Below are positions 63,256 to 64,000 of a DNA stretch of 64,000 nucleotides, piece after piece; the first letter of the stretch is position 1, and each line of letters starts with the position of its first letter. The stretch lies in assembly GCA_009914755.4 (NCBI GenBank), contig CP068257.2, forward strand, positions 26,080,001 to 26,144,000. The letters are read 5' to 3'. A program made the translations under genes and the position numbers. Below the pieces are notes generated by a model. The model had not been told where the DNA came from. It worked only from the letters and a program-made list of their open reading frames with translations, and did not search any database. This DNA comes from the human T2T-CHM13v2.0 reference genome, Homo sapiens.

Positions 63256-64000
63256 TGTAAAATGACCTTATCTTAAGTAGAAGAGTAATAATAAACCAAT
63301 TAAAAATAATAGCTGCACAACTTTTTGAGATATACACAGTACAGTAAGACATATAGAGAAACAACAAAAAGTTAAAACGCAAGCATACAAAGTTAAAGTG
63401 TAGGGTTTATATTAATTTTCCTTCAGTTTATTTCTTTTATGCCATCAGTGTTAAGTTGTCAATTTAAAATAATGGGTTATAAGATAGTATTCACAAGGCT
63501 TATGGTAACCTCAAATTGAAAACATATAACAGACACACCAAAAATAAAAAGCAAGAAATTAAAGGATACCATCAGAGAAAATCACCTTCACTAAAAGGAA
63601 GATGGGAAGGAAGAAAAGAAGAAAGAGAAGGTCACAGAGCAACCAGAAAATAAATAACAAAATGGCAGAAGTAAATCCTTACTTATCAAGAATAACATTG
63701 AATGTAAATGAACTAAAATCTCAAATCAAAAGACATAGAGTAGCTAAATGGGTAAGAAAAAAAAGAAAGCAATGCCCAATGATCTGTTGCATACAAGAAA
63801 CACACTTCACTTATACAGATACACATAGACTGAAAATAAAGGGATGGAAAAAGATATGCCATGCCAATGGAAACCAAAGAAGAGCAGGAGTAGCTCTATG
63901 TATATTAGATGAAATAGATTTCAAGACAAAAATGTAGGAAGAGACAAAGAAGGTCATTATATAATGATACATAGGTAATTCAACAAGAGGATATAACTAT

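Larger units (their letters stand above)
59622..64000 (+). mobile_element. Old full-length-type L1 starting at its 5' UTR and running off the window end; interrupted by Alus at 61661-62038 and 62967-63255
   Basis: 5' end 'gggagggcggcgcaagatggctgaatagaagc' (cf. L1 'ggaggagccaagatggccgaataggaacagc'). About 2-kb 5' UTR with an internal ~420-bp duplication. ORF1 remnant 62311-62505 '...LRMTGHKEEVEKEIWAESLLRGIISDNFPNLEKDINIDV'. ORF2 start 63602-63937 '...LNVNELKSQIKRHRVAKW......CCIQETHFTYTDTHRLKIKGWKKI..ANGNQ.RAGVA'. All frames disrupted. Confidence 0.8.

Overview
This window is not a prokaryotic locus. It is AT-rich, gene-poor primate (human-like) nuclear DNA, and most of it is recognisable interspersed repeats and microsatellites. 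All identifications are by eye against remembered consensus sequences, and coordinates are accurate to roughly ±10 bp.

- **Repeats present:** at least 9 Alu SINEs or Alu fragments, most of the complete ones with clear target-site duplications (TSDs); at least 9 L1 LINE segments; a nearly complete non-autonomous ERVL-MaLR element with both LTRs (1156-3636); about 8 further solo MaLR-like or LTR-like elements; an ERV9/LTR12-like solo LTR whose CCAAT-box tandem repeats sit inside an L1; a Tigger-type DNA-transposon remnant; and many microsatellites.
- **Coding:** no bona fide protein-coding gene, RNA gene, CRISPR array or bacterial-style operon can be supported. The only track ORFs with recognisable homology are decayed L1 ORF1p and ORF2p fragments. 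No exon can be called confidently from sequence alone.
- **No novel 'system' is supportable from the sequence alone.**

The most interesting structures are:
- three L1 loci that share a twin-priming-like split (3' part antisense, the immediately upstream part sense), one of which also carries an inverted duplication of its 3' terminus plus about 105 bp of non-L1 flank;
- an LTR12-like solo LTR with TG..CA termini and a 4-bp ATAT TSD nested in one of those L1s;
- a 128-bp near-perfect palindrome;
- a pair of diverged LTR-like repeats in direct orientation 5 kb apart;
- a full-length old L1 with nested Alus at the end of the window.
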